From: Setoptus koraiensis
Lineage: Eukaryota > Animalia > Arthropoda
DNA: 64,000 nt
Assembly (NCBI GenBank): GCA_048013815.1
Contig: CM106586.1
Coordinates: 4,712,001-4,776,000 of the forward strand
Reading direction: 5' to 3'
Shown: positions 23,345-35,870 of the stretch, piece after piece
Layout of the letters: every line of letters begins with the position of its first letter
Numbering within the stretch: position 1 is the first letter of the stretch
The notes under the pieces: generated by a model
What the model was told of the DNA's origin: nothing
What the model saw: the letters and a program-made list of their open reading frames with translations, nothing else
Databases searched by the model: none
Position numbers and translations under genes: made by a program

Positions 23345-26300
23345 AACAACAACAACAACGGCAACAACGGCAACAACAGGACAACCGTCAGACAGGCGAA
23401 AGGTGCAATCGACGGCGGCTACAAGCGCTCGTATGGCAAGCAACAACAACAACAACAGCTAGAACAGCAACTTGTTGGCCTGGACGGCACCGACGAAGCA
23501 CGTGGCGCCGGACTAATTAGTGAGCAGAGTCAATCAACTAACACACTGTCATCGGCAGAGAGATTTTTCGACAATTTGCCCGACGATTCGACAGCATTAT
23601 CGTCACTGTCGGCCTCTTCGGCAGCAGCACACACCAGCAGTGTCATCAAAATGGGCATGGGCCGAATATACAAAAGCAACAAAGTCCAACAAATCCAGCA
23701 AACAACTAGCGGCGACACATCGAAACAATGCCCCGAAAAGGCCGGCGATGCAGCGCACCGGAAGCGCTGCAACGAAGCCGCCGCAGACAAGAGCGGCCAC
23801 CAAGAAGAAGAGTCCATTTGCCATTGGGAGGAGGAAGCTGCACCGTTTCAGGAACTGAATGAGGTGCACATAGTGACCAGCGTGGAGCAACTCTGCTATC
23901 AGGTGATAGGGTGCTCGCTGAGCAAGCGTCTGTTTGGGGCCGACAACGGAAGTGCCCTTGTCAGCCCAAAACAGCCGGGCCGCGACGACAAGACAGCCGA
24001 TGACACCCATAATACAGCCAATGACACCGATAACGACAATAATGACAATACCATTGATGCAATCCAATCGGTCAAGGCGCCAAACAAACCAAATCGGTCT
24101 GTCATGTGCCTGTTCTTGTTCGGCGCCACCGGCTCGGGCAAGGGCGAGCTGGTATTCGAGCTGCTGGAGCATGCAAAACAAAGCCGACTGTTGGAACAGG
24201 AAGTAGCCAAACAATGTTATACAATGCCGCTGGCGAGGCCAAACGATGATAATGGCAACAGTGATGGCGGCAGTGATAGCTTAGATAATGCAGATGCAAA
24301 CGAGTCGTTCAAGTGTCCCCGTTATTTCTATTTGGACGCGGCCAAATTAATTGTCGATAACATAGATGAACGAATAAAAGAGTTCAATCATTTTTATCAT
24401 AACACCACCACCAGTACACACACTCACCAATGTGGGGCGCCACTGAAAAGAAACTGTTCGCGGCGCCATTCGCAGCGAGACAAATCGCTGGCTGAACGCG
24501 GCAGCGACCATTTAAGCGGAAATGAAACTTGCTCTTGCGCCTCTCATAAACAAGCGACTTTGCAGCATCAATCAAATCATCATAGCGATCAATCACAAGC
24601 ACAAATCACAGCCAGAAATTGCCAGCAGCTCGAAACAGACAACGAAACGACGGAGCCAGCAGCAGTAATAGCAGCAACAGTGATTAGATCTGTCAGCGAG
24701 CCGGCTTCGCTAGTTAAAAAGCACTCATCACCGACTCAATTGTCGACAACAGGTAGCAGCAACTCAAGCAATTCAATCAACGACAATGATAACAACAACA
24801 ACAACAACAACAACAGTCATACAGTTACGTCATACGCATCATCGAACAATAACGTGGACACTATATCGTCTACGGACGATGTTACGTCCATCGAATCGGC
24901 GACCCCCCCAACCACGACCAAAACGCCCAAGGGCCGTGCTAAAAACCGACAACAGCAGCAGCGGTCTAGCTCGCAAGACTGCTGCTCGGACAGCGAGTCT
25001 GTGTCGTGTAACTCTATTTGCAGCAACGATGCCGGCTTCGGGGGCCCCTCGAGCTCCACAAGCACTCATAGACAATCGTTGGCCGTTTGCGTCCACTGTA
25101 AACGAAAAAACAACAACAACAACAATGACAAACAACAACAAATGGTCAGCCGTCATGATGAGGGCAACAAACAAACTGATACAAATAGAATACGCAGCAT
25201 AGATGGCAATAGCACCGGCAGCAGCAACAGCAGCAGCACCAGCAACGATGACAGTAGCAGTGACAGTAGTTTTTCTAGCGATGACGCAATGCTGGCGGTC
25301 AAAAGTAAACAACAACAATCACACTATAGCATAGATTGTGGCCTGCAAAACTCTTATTATAATTATCATGATAACGGCACACCGGCAACCGGAAGTAGAG
25401 CGAATGCCAACGAAATTAGATACAATAATAATAATTTAGATGTGGCTTGTAGTGTTTCGCTGACAACGCGCGACAGGTCCATATTGCAATTGAAATTGAT
25501 GCGCTACTTTAATTCTATAACGTCGAAATGGATATTTCAATTGCTGCAACAGGAAATAGATAAAAACGAGAGAAAACGAACGAGGCACGGATCGAAAAAT
25601 AGCAAGCGCGCCAGAAAGCAGGCTGCCAGTGTGTCAGCTGACAGCAACAGAGCAGCCACTTGCACGGCGGATAGCCGGCGCAGCGTCTATTTGATTAATC
25701 TAATACCAAACCAGATAAATTTATTTAGATCGTGTCTGTACTTGCAACAAAATCCTCATTTGCAGCACTTCAGCTATCCCTATTTTGCCATTTACCTTGA
25801 GAGACGGGCCAATATCCGGTTGATAAAGGACACGACGAGCGTTCAGAAGCACCGGCATGACCAGCAGCAGCAGTTGGCTAACGGCGGCGCAAAATCGGTG
25901 ATCCGTGGCAAATCCAGTGACAATGGTGCCAGCACTAGACGCAAGTCCAGCTTCGCCAAATTGAGTATTTTGAGCGCATCCAGGGCGCACAATCGGCCCA
26001 CCGGAAGTGGCGGTTTGTTTTCCTCGGTGCGACACAAAGCGGCGGCCGGTGGCGCCAACAATAACAGTAGCCAAAGTAGTACCAATAACAGCAATAAGAT
26101 GAGGCTATCATCGGCGTCCAGTGAACAATCGTTGAATAAAAGCGAAAAAGAGAAAAGAGTTGACCATTTGACAGCGATGGCAGCCAATTTGTTCTCGAGT
26201 GAATTAGATGAGAAAATCGGACCAAAAATAACCGATCAGTATGTGAATTATTTCCAATCGTTGAACAAATTAATCAAGTTACGTTACATCCCGGTGGCTA

Positions 26301-27853
26301 ACTTAACCAATCATCCGCCCATTCGGCCAGCAGTGGTGTCTATTTCGGGTAGCTCAACGACCATGACGCAACCCAACAGTGCAGATGTGAGTAACGATCA
26401 ATTGATTGGCGATAATCAAGATCCGAGACAGTTGAGATATTTGAGAGATGACAAAGATTCAAAAGTTGCGCCCAGTGATCGGCCCTCAGCAGTGGATCGA
26501 GCGACCAGTGGCGACACCTCTGGGACGGGCCAGCAAGCTGGCTGGCAGCAACAAGTGACCAATTCAAGTCAGTTGGTGCAGTCGCAGTCCCAACGAGAAA
26601 TGGTAACTAGCGACCGGAAACGATCGTTTTCTACCGGAAGCCAGTCGGGTTGCCAAGGCAGGCATGGCAGCAATGTGGACAACATTTCGAACAATTTGGA
26701 CAACTTAGACAATTTAGTGAGTGATCCGGCAGATGGCAGGGCAGTGTTGTCGCTGTGTGACAGACACTTGCAATCTGGTGCCTTTTACCAGGAGTTCAGC
26801 ATAGTGGAGGCGACAAACGGCAATCACGGCCACGGATCAAGCGGAAGTCACAACGGAACACAATTGACGCAACAGCGGCATCATCACAATTTCTATTGGT
26901 CGTCGTCTAATTGCAAGTTGTTGTCGCACAACAAATCTCACAGTTTTTACACAGAGTCTGGAGCGTCATCTAGCGTTAAAACTAAACATATATCCACCTG
27001 TTTCAACGAGTTATCTTGCATTGATTATCCCTGGTTGCACCATCAGAACTACCGACAGAATATTGACAGCAACAACAACAGCAACAACAGTAAGTTTCGC
27101 CGTGCCACTCATTACCAGCACCATCATCAGCACAATCACATAGTGAATAGGAGTGTCATAATTAAAATCCGCACCTATCAAGAGATTCGCGATCTGATAC
27201 AATTGGCCTACAGCAATAGACAACAGTGTCAATTGAGACAGCAGTCCAAAGCAAACAACAACAGATTAATTGTGCTCACTACGCACACTATTCAATTGGA
27301 CCTGAGCCTATTGCACGGCAAACATTTTGTTTTGCCTGCCTCGTTTGGGTGCTCTCTGTCGTCGCTGTGTCCGACAACGACACCAGGCCCCGCTAACCAA
27401 CAGCAACAGCGGCAACAACAGCAACAGCAGCAGCAACAACAACAACAACAACAACAGCCACAACAGCAGCAACAACAAACTGGCGACGCAACAACAAATT
27501 GCGTTGCGTCATCGCAACAAGCTGGCACACAACAGGTACGCTCTATTTTGGTGGTGCAATCAAGTCACGGCCATCATGTGCCATCGAACAGCAGACAACA
27601 ACAATCATTGTCAACAACGAGCCAGCCGGAAGTGACATGCGACCATCACGCAAGCAAGGCGCCCAAAAAGAAACACAAACACGTTCAATTCAACATTGGC
27701 GAGCATGCCAGCGATCGCGCGGCCACATGGATAAATGAATTTATTTATGTTAGCATCAGTGACACAAAACGAATAACTGTCAGCAATGCGAACGTTCTCA
27801 GATTTGTCGATTGTTTGCGCTGCGGGCTCTACGAACGGCAGCGCAGCGATTAA
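23171..27853 (+). CDS. 1560-aa N-myristoylation-motif protein with divergent adenylate kinase-like (NMP kinase, P-loop) domain, probably a pseudo-kinase; single coding exon
   Basis: Long uninterrupted ORF; ATG in cagaATGG context giving MGCRQSK. The upstream TG-repeat extension lies in a GTGAGT(23002)-started 5'UTR intron. AK-like elements occur in order: LFLFGATGSGKGE (24122-24145), YFYLDAAKLI, ITSKWIFQLLQQEI, YLINLIPNQ, YFAIYLE, YVNYFQSLNKLIKL. Confidence 0.88.
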
Positions 27854-29476
27854 CTGCTGCCGGTCAACAGTTAATGCCGGCTCAATTTTTCGCCATTGAC
27901 ACTCGTACTCTTGACGCCAAGACACTGTGACGCCGGACAGTGCCAATTGACTAGCGCTTACAATTTACATTGTATCGATTCAGTTTTTGCTGTTACCTGT
28001 TCCACTGGCCTGATTGAAGTGAACGATGCCAAGCGTCAGCGATTTGTTGATATGTTTCATGATTAATAAAATGTATATGTAATGTATATTGTCATTGAGG
28101 CAGCGGATTATCGAGCAGATTATGTGCAGCCAATGAATAAAGAAAATATTCGCCTCAAATGTAGCGCTGCCTGTTACATATTTGCAATTTGCCAAAAGCT
28201 TTCAGCGTAACAATCTGAAACGAAAACTCGTGTGATTAACCCAAGTATATGGGTCAACTCATAGCTACCTAGGCATCGAAAGGGCCCATTGTTTTAAGAT
28301 CGATTTTTTATCTGGGATTTTTATCTTTGATCCGGGTCTCACTATCAGCTAGGCCCGGCAGTATTTTCAAAAGATAAATTTTCAGCTCATGAACTTCTGT
28401 AAAACGTTCTCGCCACTTGCCTCATGCGCTGCTCCATTGCTGCGGGCATACTGCTGCTATTCCAGATTGCGCATAGTTTCGAAACATGGAGAGCTCGGCT
28501 AGTCTAAATTACTTGCCACAGGATGGAGTCGCCATAGGTGAGCTTAGTTGATAATGTTAGCGGCTACATTATGTGCATCATTTGTCTTTATTGTTGATCC
28601 TTGATGACAGATCAACGTGCGATACGGATCTGTGTTCATCTCATGCAGCTTGTGCATTGTTCAAAATGGAGCTTCGTTGAGATTTTTCACACACACATAT
28701 ATATCCAGTTATACTCGAAAAATCTCTTCCTTGCTGCTCGAAAAGTTCCTTTGGGCCCGCATCACTCTGGGCCTCAGACAGCGCCAACAAGATTTGTTGC
28801 TTGCAACTAGTCAGTATCGAACGAATTAAACTCGTCAACTCAGTTACGAATTGCAATGGAGAATAGATGAATTTTATCCGTTTGTTTGCCTGATTGTTTG
28901 TTTGTGGCTGTGTAATGTAGGCTCACAATGTCAGCTCGCCATTGTTCAAACACTCGCTCATAATGTAGCATGTATCATAGCCAGCGCATTCATGATACTG
29001 GCTGAGATATTTGGAGGCGAGCCAAGAAATAAGCATGCTGGCTACATAAGCGACAACAGCAAACGACTTGGAAGCGAAAATTTATGACTCAGTTACGTAA
29101 TAAGCAATGGAGTGCATATAAAAATATATAATTTATTGATCAATTAATCATTGAAAATTAGCTCTCTGTTGTCATTGATGGCCGTGTTTCAGTCGCCGCT
29201 TTTCTCGGATCTCACGTGAGTATTATATAATTATATCTGGTATTATTATATTTGCTGATATAGTATATTCTGTATGCAACGGACTCACAGTCAGGTTATC
29301 ACCGCACGGCTGATAGATTTCGACCAGCATGCAGGACAGAGCAGATATTTAGCACGTTATGTCGTTATTTTGCTTCAAATTCAAATTTGAGCAAATTCAT
29401 CTATCGATCGATTTGCTCAAAATTGCCCAAATAAACAGAACTTGTTGACTTGTTTTTATATTGTCACAGAAATCGT

Positions 29477-29878
29477 ATGCAAGAGGATGGAAGGATACGA
29501 AATGAAATGCCGATACCGTTGGGACGAGATAGTTCAGCCTGCACCCAATGCATTTGGGTGTTTTTCTGGTGAGTGTCGGGTACACATAAGTGAGTAAATT
29601 AATCAAAGCGATTATTATCTTAGCCAATTATCTAATTATTATCGTCTCCCTTGTCGCAATACTTGCCAACTATTCATCACACCATAATCAGGTTGTTCGT
29701 ATTATTATTGATCGGCTATCCCATTGGAATAATATCAATTATCTTGTATGTTGTCCTGAGTCCGCTTGGAATACTGGCGCCCCTGTTACCTGTGATTGAG
29801 TTTTTCTTCAAGGCCGCACATTTGCCAGTCATATGCTCACAAAATTTAGCCGACGCCAAACAATTGATTGCCATGTGA
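29477..29878 (+). CDS. 92-aa small hydrophobic membrane protein; join(29477..29568,29692..29878)
   Basis: GTGAGT donor (29569, phase 2) and CAG acceptor (29690-29691) rebuild a Trp codon: MQEDGRIRNEMPIPLGRDSSACTQCIWVFFWLFVLLLIGYPIGIISIILYVVLSPLGILAPLLPVIEFFFKAAHLPVICSQNLADAKQLIAM*. The pattern W..WL..LL.IG(W/Y)PI......LY..LSP......LP..C..N resembles a recalled uncharacterised invertebrate small-protein family. A likely 5'UTR intron lies at 29216-29469. Confidence 0.82.
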
Positions 29879-31062
29879 TGCACAACATTATGACACGTAT
29901 TACAGTTATTATATTATTTGCCCGATAATGTGCTGATTTTATGCCGATTTTATGCCGATATTATGCTGATATTATGCTGATATGCGTGGACGTAATTGAT
30001 AATTGAGGCCGACAAAATTGCAAAATGAATTGGTTTGAATGACCGGATGAATTGGGATTGCGCTAACTGGCCCACTTCATAGATGGCGCCATTGCTGCCA
30101 CTGGCATGCACTATGAATATGTTTGTATTGATCGTCATTATCGTCATGACGGGGGACCGGCGTCATTATCAAAAAAGTTGAACGTTGATTCACATGCGCC
30201 GGCTTGTTAGGTTAATCACGTCACTTCACTTGACATAATGAGTTTATCGGCGCTGGATTCATTAGCATAGCGAATGATAAAGAAGAGTGTGACTTGGTTA
30301 CATAATAAACTATTAGCGAATATTGATTGATAGTGCAGCGATAGGCAGCAGTGATTAGTCGTATGCGATATGTTCAAGATATGAGATGATGCGTCAATAT
30401 AATTAAGTCGATGATTAATTGAAAAAGTAGGAAATTATAAATTGTCCGAGCCAACGGATTATCATTGTTAGCATAGCAGCAGTAGCATCAATAAAATTGC
30501 TATTAACTACTCGCCGGCTGCATAATAATAGCAATAAATAGAGATTATTTCATGAAATTTTCATCATTTTTGGTATCAACGGCTAACAAACGGGCATCGT
30601 CTGACGATAAGTTATCTGCTTGCTATTTCTCGTGCGATCATTTTGATTTTTCTCATTCTCTCAAGTGCCGAGATGAACTCGCGCTAAGCTCAATTAAATC
30701 ACAGGGGCTTAACAAATTAGGCTATTCTATACGGGATTGCAATTATTGATGTTGTCTGTAATACTGTACGATGCAGATCCCATTTCGTGCATGGTGCACA
30801 GTGTGTGTGTGTGTTATAATTTATAACTTATAAACGTTAGTTATAAACGACAGAATAGTAAAATAAAGCCACTTGAAAAGTGATCAAAATCCCATGAAAT
30901 AGTATGCAAAAATCTATAAATAAAAGTTGTAAAGGTTACAAAAAGACAGAGAGGCGCTCGTTTGAGTCATCTCATTATCTCGGCTAGGTTAGTTAGCATG
31001 TTGTCAGTTTGGTCGTTGCTGTTACAGCCATTACATAACCATATCATCAATGACACGAATGA

Positions 31063-31899
31063 TCAATAGCTGCACGGATTATCCTTCAACTGGCTTCTTT
31101 TTGCCCGAGCCGCCGCCGCTGTCGGCCCAACGATTTGTAGCGTCAATACTGCAAATTGCACATGATACAATGAGTAGCGAGCGCTAATTGCATTAGCTCC
31201 TGTTTATATGCTGGCTGCGGACGGCCGATATATATACATAGCCAGCATATATATATATCATGTAGAAAGACAGATAGAGAGCGCAAACAAACGGATAGAG
31301 GCAGACAAACAAACAAACAGTTGCTCAGCGTCAAGTCAGCTAAAAATCGCTGCAATTGATACTTGGCATTGCTAAGTGAAAGGAGGTCGCGAACGACCCT
31401 ATGGTCGTCTCCAAGTTTTCCTGGCGCAAAGTTACTGCTTGCGATCACTGTTGCGCAAGTAGCCAAGCAGCGCTGGCTCTGATTGTGTCATAATCGGCCC
31501 ACGAGGCCAGCCAGCGCCAGCGAGCTTGCCAGCGAACGCCGGTGAGCTCGCCAGCGAAATTCAGTGCCATTCAGCATGACGGTATGCAATGAACTGTTTA
31601 CGCTGGTTTATCTGACTGAATGCTCGATAATGACACACAGAAACAGTTTGTATTTTGAGTGGGGCCCGCTGGCCAGGCTAACGATTTCGTCGGCGCCGAC
31701 AGCGAGATTGTTAATCTCGGCATCTTTATTGGTCTTTATTGAACGTTGTAAAGCGCTATAAAGTTAAGTTGCTCGAATTGGCGAGCCGCTGGAAACTGGC
31801 CAGACTCGCCGCCTTGCCACCTAGCGCCGTCGCCCCGTTTTGTTGTGTCACCATCAAGTAGATCACTTTCGTGCATCTTGCACTCGCATATACGGATAG
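31063..31899 (-). CDS. Candidate multi-exon gene fragment of unknown product; complement(join(31063..31148,31319..31478,31617..31755,31821..31899))
   Basis: Four non-repetitive segments join in consistent phase across GT-AG introns of 65, 138 and 170 bp. Two donors are weak (GTGGCA, GTTTGT), and no family is recognised. Confidence 0.3.
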
Positions 31900-31905
31900 C
31901 TAGAC

Positions 31906-31908
31906 GTG

Positions 31909-31965
<57 letters not shown>

Positions 31966-31970
31966 GTGTG
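31906..31970. repeat. (TG)n dinucleotide microsatellite; a second array lies at 32261-32350
   Basis: Directly visible. Confidence 0.95.
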
Positions 31971-32260
31971 TAAATGGCGTAATAATAGTGAATCTGTTGT
32001 TTGTCATTCAAATCTCGCTCTCATACAAGCCGCGGCGGCAGTCGGCGACAGCGATGCCGAGACAAGTTTGAAAATTGTTTGAAAATAGCAGTTTGTTGGG
32101 CTTAACTCGTCACTAGCGCTGCCAGTCGCTAGTCGCTAGTCGCTGGCAGCGCCTTCGGTGCGCATAGGGGCGCATGCAGTAGCTGCTGCGACTAGCGAGC
32201 TAGAGAAAAAGTCAGAATTAACCTAGATTCTTTGCCTAGTCCATCAAATAGTCTAATGTG

Positions 32261-32335
<75 letters not shown>

Positions 32336-32835
32336 CGTGTGCGTGTGTGAGCGCAGGCCTTACGTAACATGCCCGCTTACACACCATACTGGCTTATGCG
32401 GCTTATATAATCATATCCATTTGGCCCCCTCTTTCTACTTTAATTTTTACCACTATTGCTCCACTATCGCTTCTATCCATTCTATTACGCAACACGATAC
32501 ACCGCCACCCATAGGTCACCCGTGGGCCGGCCTCGGCGTCGCTCACGCATGCTCATTTGTATCAATTTGAATTGTGGGGGGGGGGAGCGCGGGGGCATCT
32601 CCATTGCGTTCTATTGCGTTCTCTTGAAATGGCAAGAATTCTCTTGCGGCGTTCGCAGCTCTCGGCGCGATCTGGCAAGAGAAATGAGCGCAGTAAAAAT
32701 GCGCTCACACTCGCAAATGACGCCTAGCTACTGCTCATGCACACTAACTAACCGGCCCTGCGTGTGTGTGTGCGCGCTCAAATATCCAGATATCGGCCAG
32801 ATATAAGCGAGCTAGCGAGCGAGGAGCCGGCAAAC

Positions 32836-32965
32836 AAACGCCGAACGAACGCTGAGCGCCGAACGCCGAACGAACGCCGAACGAACGCCGAACGAACGCC
32901 GAACGAACGCCGAACGCCGAACGGACGTTGAACGAACGCCGAGCGGACGTTGAACGAACGCCCAA
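32836..32965. repeat. Degenerate GAAC/GAACGCC tandem array
   Basis: aacgccgaacgaacgccgaac repeats are directly visible. Confidence 0.85.
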
Positions 32966-35050
32966 TGAATGCCATTCGAACATTCGCAAATTGACGACGA
33001 CGACAGACGAGACGACGCGAGCCACAACCGCGAACGCAACAAACCACGCAGGCCAGTAGCAACGTAACGTGAATTGTTTCATGTGCGAGGCCCACGAAAG
33101 AAACGCCAGCAACATTGCAGCAACACACACACACACAAACAGCCAGTATAATTGTATAATTGTGATTAGAAATTGTTGTTATAATCGTGAATAAATTATC
33201 GTGCCCTCGATGCAGCCCAAGAGAGCGCCGGCACCAGCAAGACGCCGATAGAGCGATAGAGAAAAAGAATAATTGAAGAGAAGCAAATATTGAGCAAATA
33301 CTCGCTTGCGTGCTAAATACATAATATCAGCGCGCCCTGTCCGCTTTTGGGGCCGCTGCGCCAACAATCGGCCCACATCGGCCCGCTTTGGCCATTGTCT
33401 AGATCGGCGAAATCGGTTGAGATCGGCCGACAGCGGTTAAAATCGGCAAAAATCGGCAAAAATTGCCGGACAAGAAGCGCCAATTTCCAGTAACACACAC
33501 ACACACATTTAGTTGTTCACAAACATTGGTTGCAAGTTGGTTGTCAGAGTTTTATTGTTGAAACAAAAACAACAAGCCAAGTCGATAATCATGACAATCA
33601 TGAGGACCAAAAAATAGCAAGCAGTGAAGCAATAATAGTTGCCTTGTTCAACCCGGCCAATTCAACGAACGCCAGCAACAAGCGCACTGTTGACAACCGC
33701 CAACATTTGGACCTTTGAGCAAAATCACAACAACAGCAACAACAACAACAGCAGCAACAACAGCAGCAACAACAGCAGCAACAACAGCAGCAACATCAAT
33801 CAATACTGATCAATAATTATAATCAACAACGGCAACAGCAACAACCACGGCACAATTGTCTGCCAGAGTGGGGGTGCGGTTTTTTGTGGCCGAATCAGTT
33901 TTCCCTAATCATCATCATCCATTACCACACAAACAGTAATGAAAGATGCCTGGGCCTCGAAGCACGGGGCTCGTCGCACCTCAGAATACATTTCTTGAGA
34001 ATATAATTAGGCGCTACAATTCCTTACGTAAGTACAGCTCATTGATGACTCATTTCTAGACTAAAAATTCTAGTATCGCTTTCGCGTATCTCTAGCCTGT
34101 GGCAGAGATTTGCAGAACAACCGGAAACTGCATGCCGTTCGTTATTCGCTCGTGTTATTCACAAGTGAATAGTAATTGTATTATTGTTTATTGTCTCTAA
34201 TCAAGCGCTAACAATGCGAGACGGGCCTGCAAGTGCCAACAGCAATCTCATTCGGTCAGGGGCCCCATTTGGTCCGTTCGGCCCAGTCGGCTTATTGGGC
34301 CCGTTTGGCCCGTTGCGCTTATTCGGCCAGTGACCGGACCGACTTGATTGGGTCAGGGTGTAAATCAATGAGTGAGCCAGTTGGTGGCGACGTCTTGCAG
34401 TCTTGCTTGAGTTACAGTTTGCAAGGGTTTGCTCTGTTTTGGCACAGCAATTTAGCGACCATTACAGTGCTCACCAGTTTCGACAGCGTCACTCCGACGA
34501 GTTTTTGCCTTTTATTGGCCATAGCTATTAATTTATTTTATTTTACATGCCATCTCAAACTACAAACTCAAACATGTCACCCACACACACAGTGTTAGCT
34601 GTTAATTGGCCTGTCCAGTGGCACACAAATTAGACTAATTCAACCGGACCCATGAGTGGCCCACAAGCCATATGTTTGCCATCTGTCACCCTCGGCCATT
34701 CTGTCGAATGCCTCAAATGGTCTCAAATGCGGCTGTCACTAGACTGGAAATAGATTTAATATTGAGTATTGAGCATCGAGTATCGAGAGGGCACAATTTC
34801 AATTGCGTCGGCATGTGTCACGCACCAATGTGACACATGACCGTTGGCCAAAATAAATTATTTGTTGTTGTTCGTTTAAATTATATAATATTATATATTA
34901 TATATATTGGTGATTAGATTGCCTGTTGGTGCGACACGCAACGCAAAACAAACGAACCAATTTGAGGCAGCCAAACGAAATGAAGAGTAAACAACAATTA
35001 AAATTGTGCGACTCAACGCGCGCGCGAAAAGGAACACTCCGCGAAAAGTT

Positions 35051-35110
35051 CACGTCGCGCTTCCGGTCTAGATGGCGCTTCCATAAATTATTGTGCTGAC
35101 AATTGTGAGT
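35051..35110. promoter_or_regulatory. Candidate TATA-less (possibly bidirectional) promoter: CACGTC, ETS-like CTTCCGG, YY1-like AGATGGCG, followed by a GTGAGT donor at 35105
   Basis: Motif cluster in a CpG-rich patch. The interpretation is inference from known housekeeping promoter motifs. Confidence 0.35.
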
Positions 35111-35783
35111 GAGCTGCTGACAGCGTGCTGTTGGACTGACAATTGTCAGACAGTTTGAGTCAATAGGATAATAGATGGTTGATATGCAATTCAATTGTTA
35201 GTTGCGTGATGCTGTTTGTAGTTGTCATATGCACTGTAAGTGCATTATGTGCATTGGTCTGGGCTTGCCGGCGTCTTGCTGGTCAATCAACTAATCAAGC
35301 AATTAAACAATTAGCCACTGGCCAGCTTAAGTGTGGCCCCCTACTCAGCTGACTCAACTTGTCACACTGGTGACGTGACAGCAATGCCGCGCCGGGTATT
35401 AAGGGTATTAGGGTTGAACTGGTAGTGATACTGTATGAGAGTGTATTGTGTATAGCTAATAATATATATGTATAATAATAATAATATGGGTATAATAATA
35501 ATGGGTATGTGTAAGAAGTAATTGAACTTCTTGCGTCAGCGAGCCACCAGTTTCATCAGTAATAATAGCCAAATAATAATAATAATAATAATAATAATAG
35601 CAACAGTAACAGTAATAGTAATAGTAATATTAGAGTCTTGCGATGAAGCTGAGTCAGCTGCTATTTTGTGCGACGACATAACAACTGTTACTTTATGACT
35701 GTTACGTCACCATGGACGAGCATTGACAGTTTTAACAATATATATTGGCGCGCACAGTTGAGTTATAAAAATAAACGACGACT

Positions 35784-35870
35784 ATGAATGGATATTTATC
35801 GCGATATATCCGCGATCCATATCACATGGGCATATATCGCCATTCGCGAGCCACCATATTACGCGTAACG
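35784..35870 (+). CDS. Candidate first coding exon MNGYLSRYIRDPYHMGIYRHSRATILRVT (phase 0)
   Basis: First ATG after an in-frame TAA, CAG acceptor at 35756-35757 just upstream, perfect GTAAGT donor at 35871. No homology recognised. Confidence 0.25.

Noticed and set aside
30150-30750. AT-rich stretch with hydrophobic peptide fragments (possible chemoreceptor pseudogene)
   Set aside because: Frequent stops in all frames and no diagnostic motif; cannot be supported by eye.
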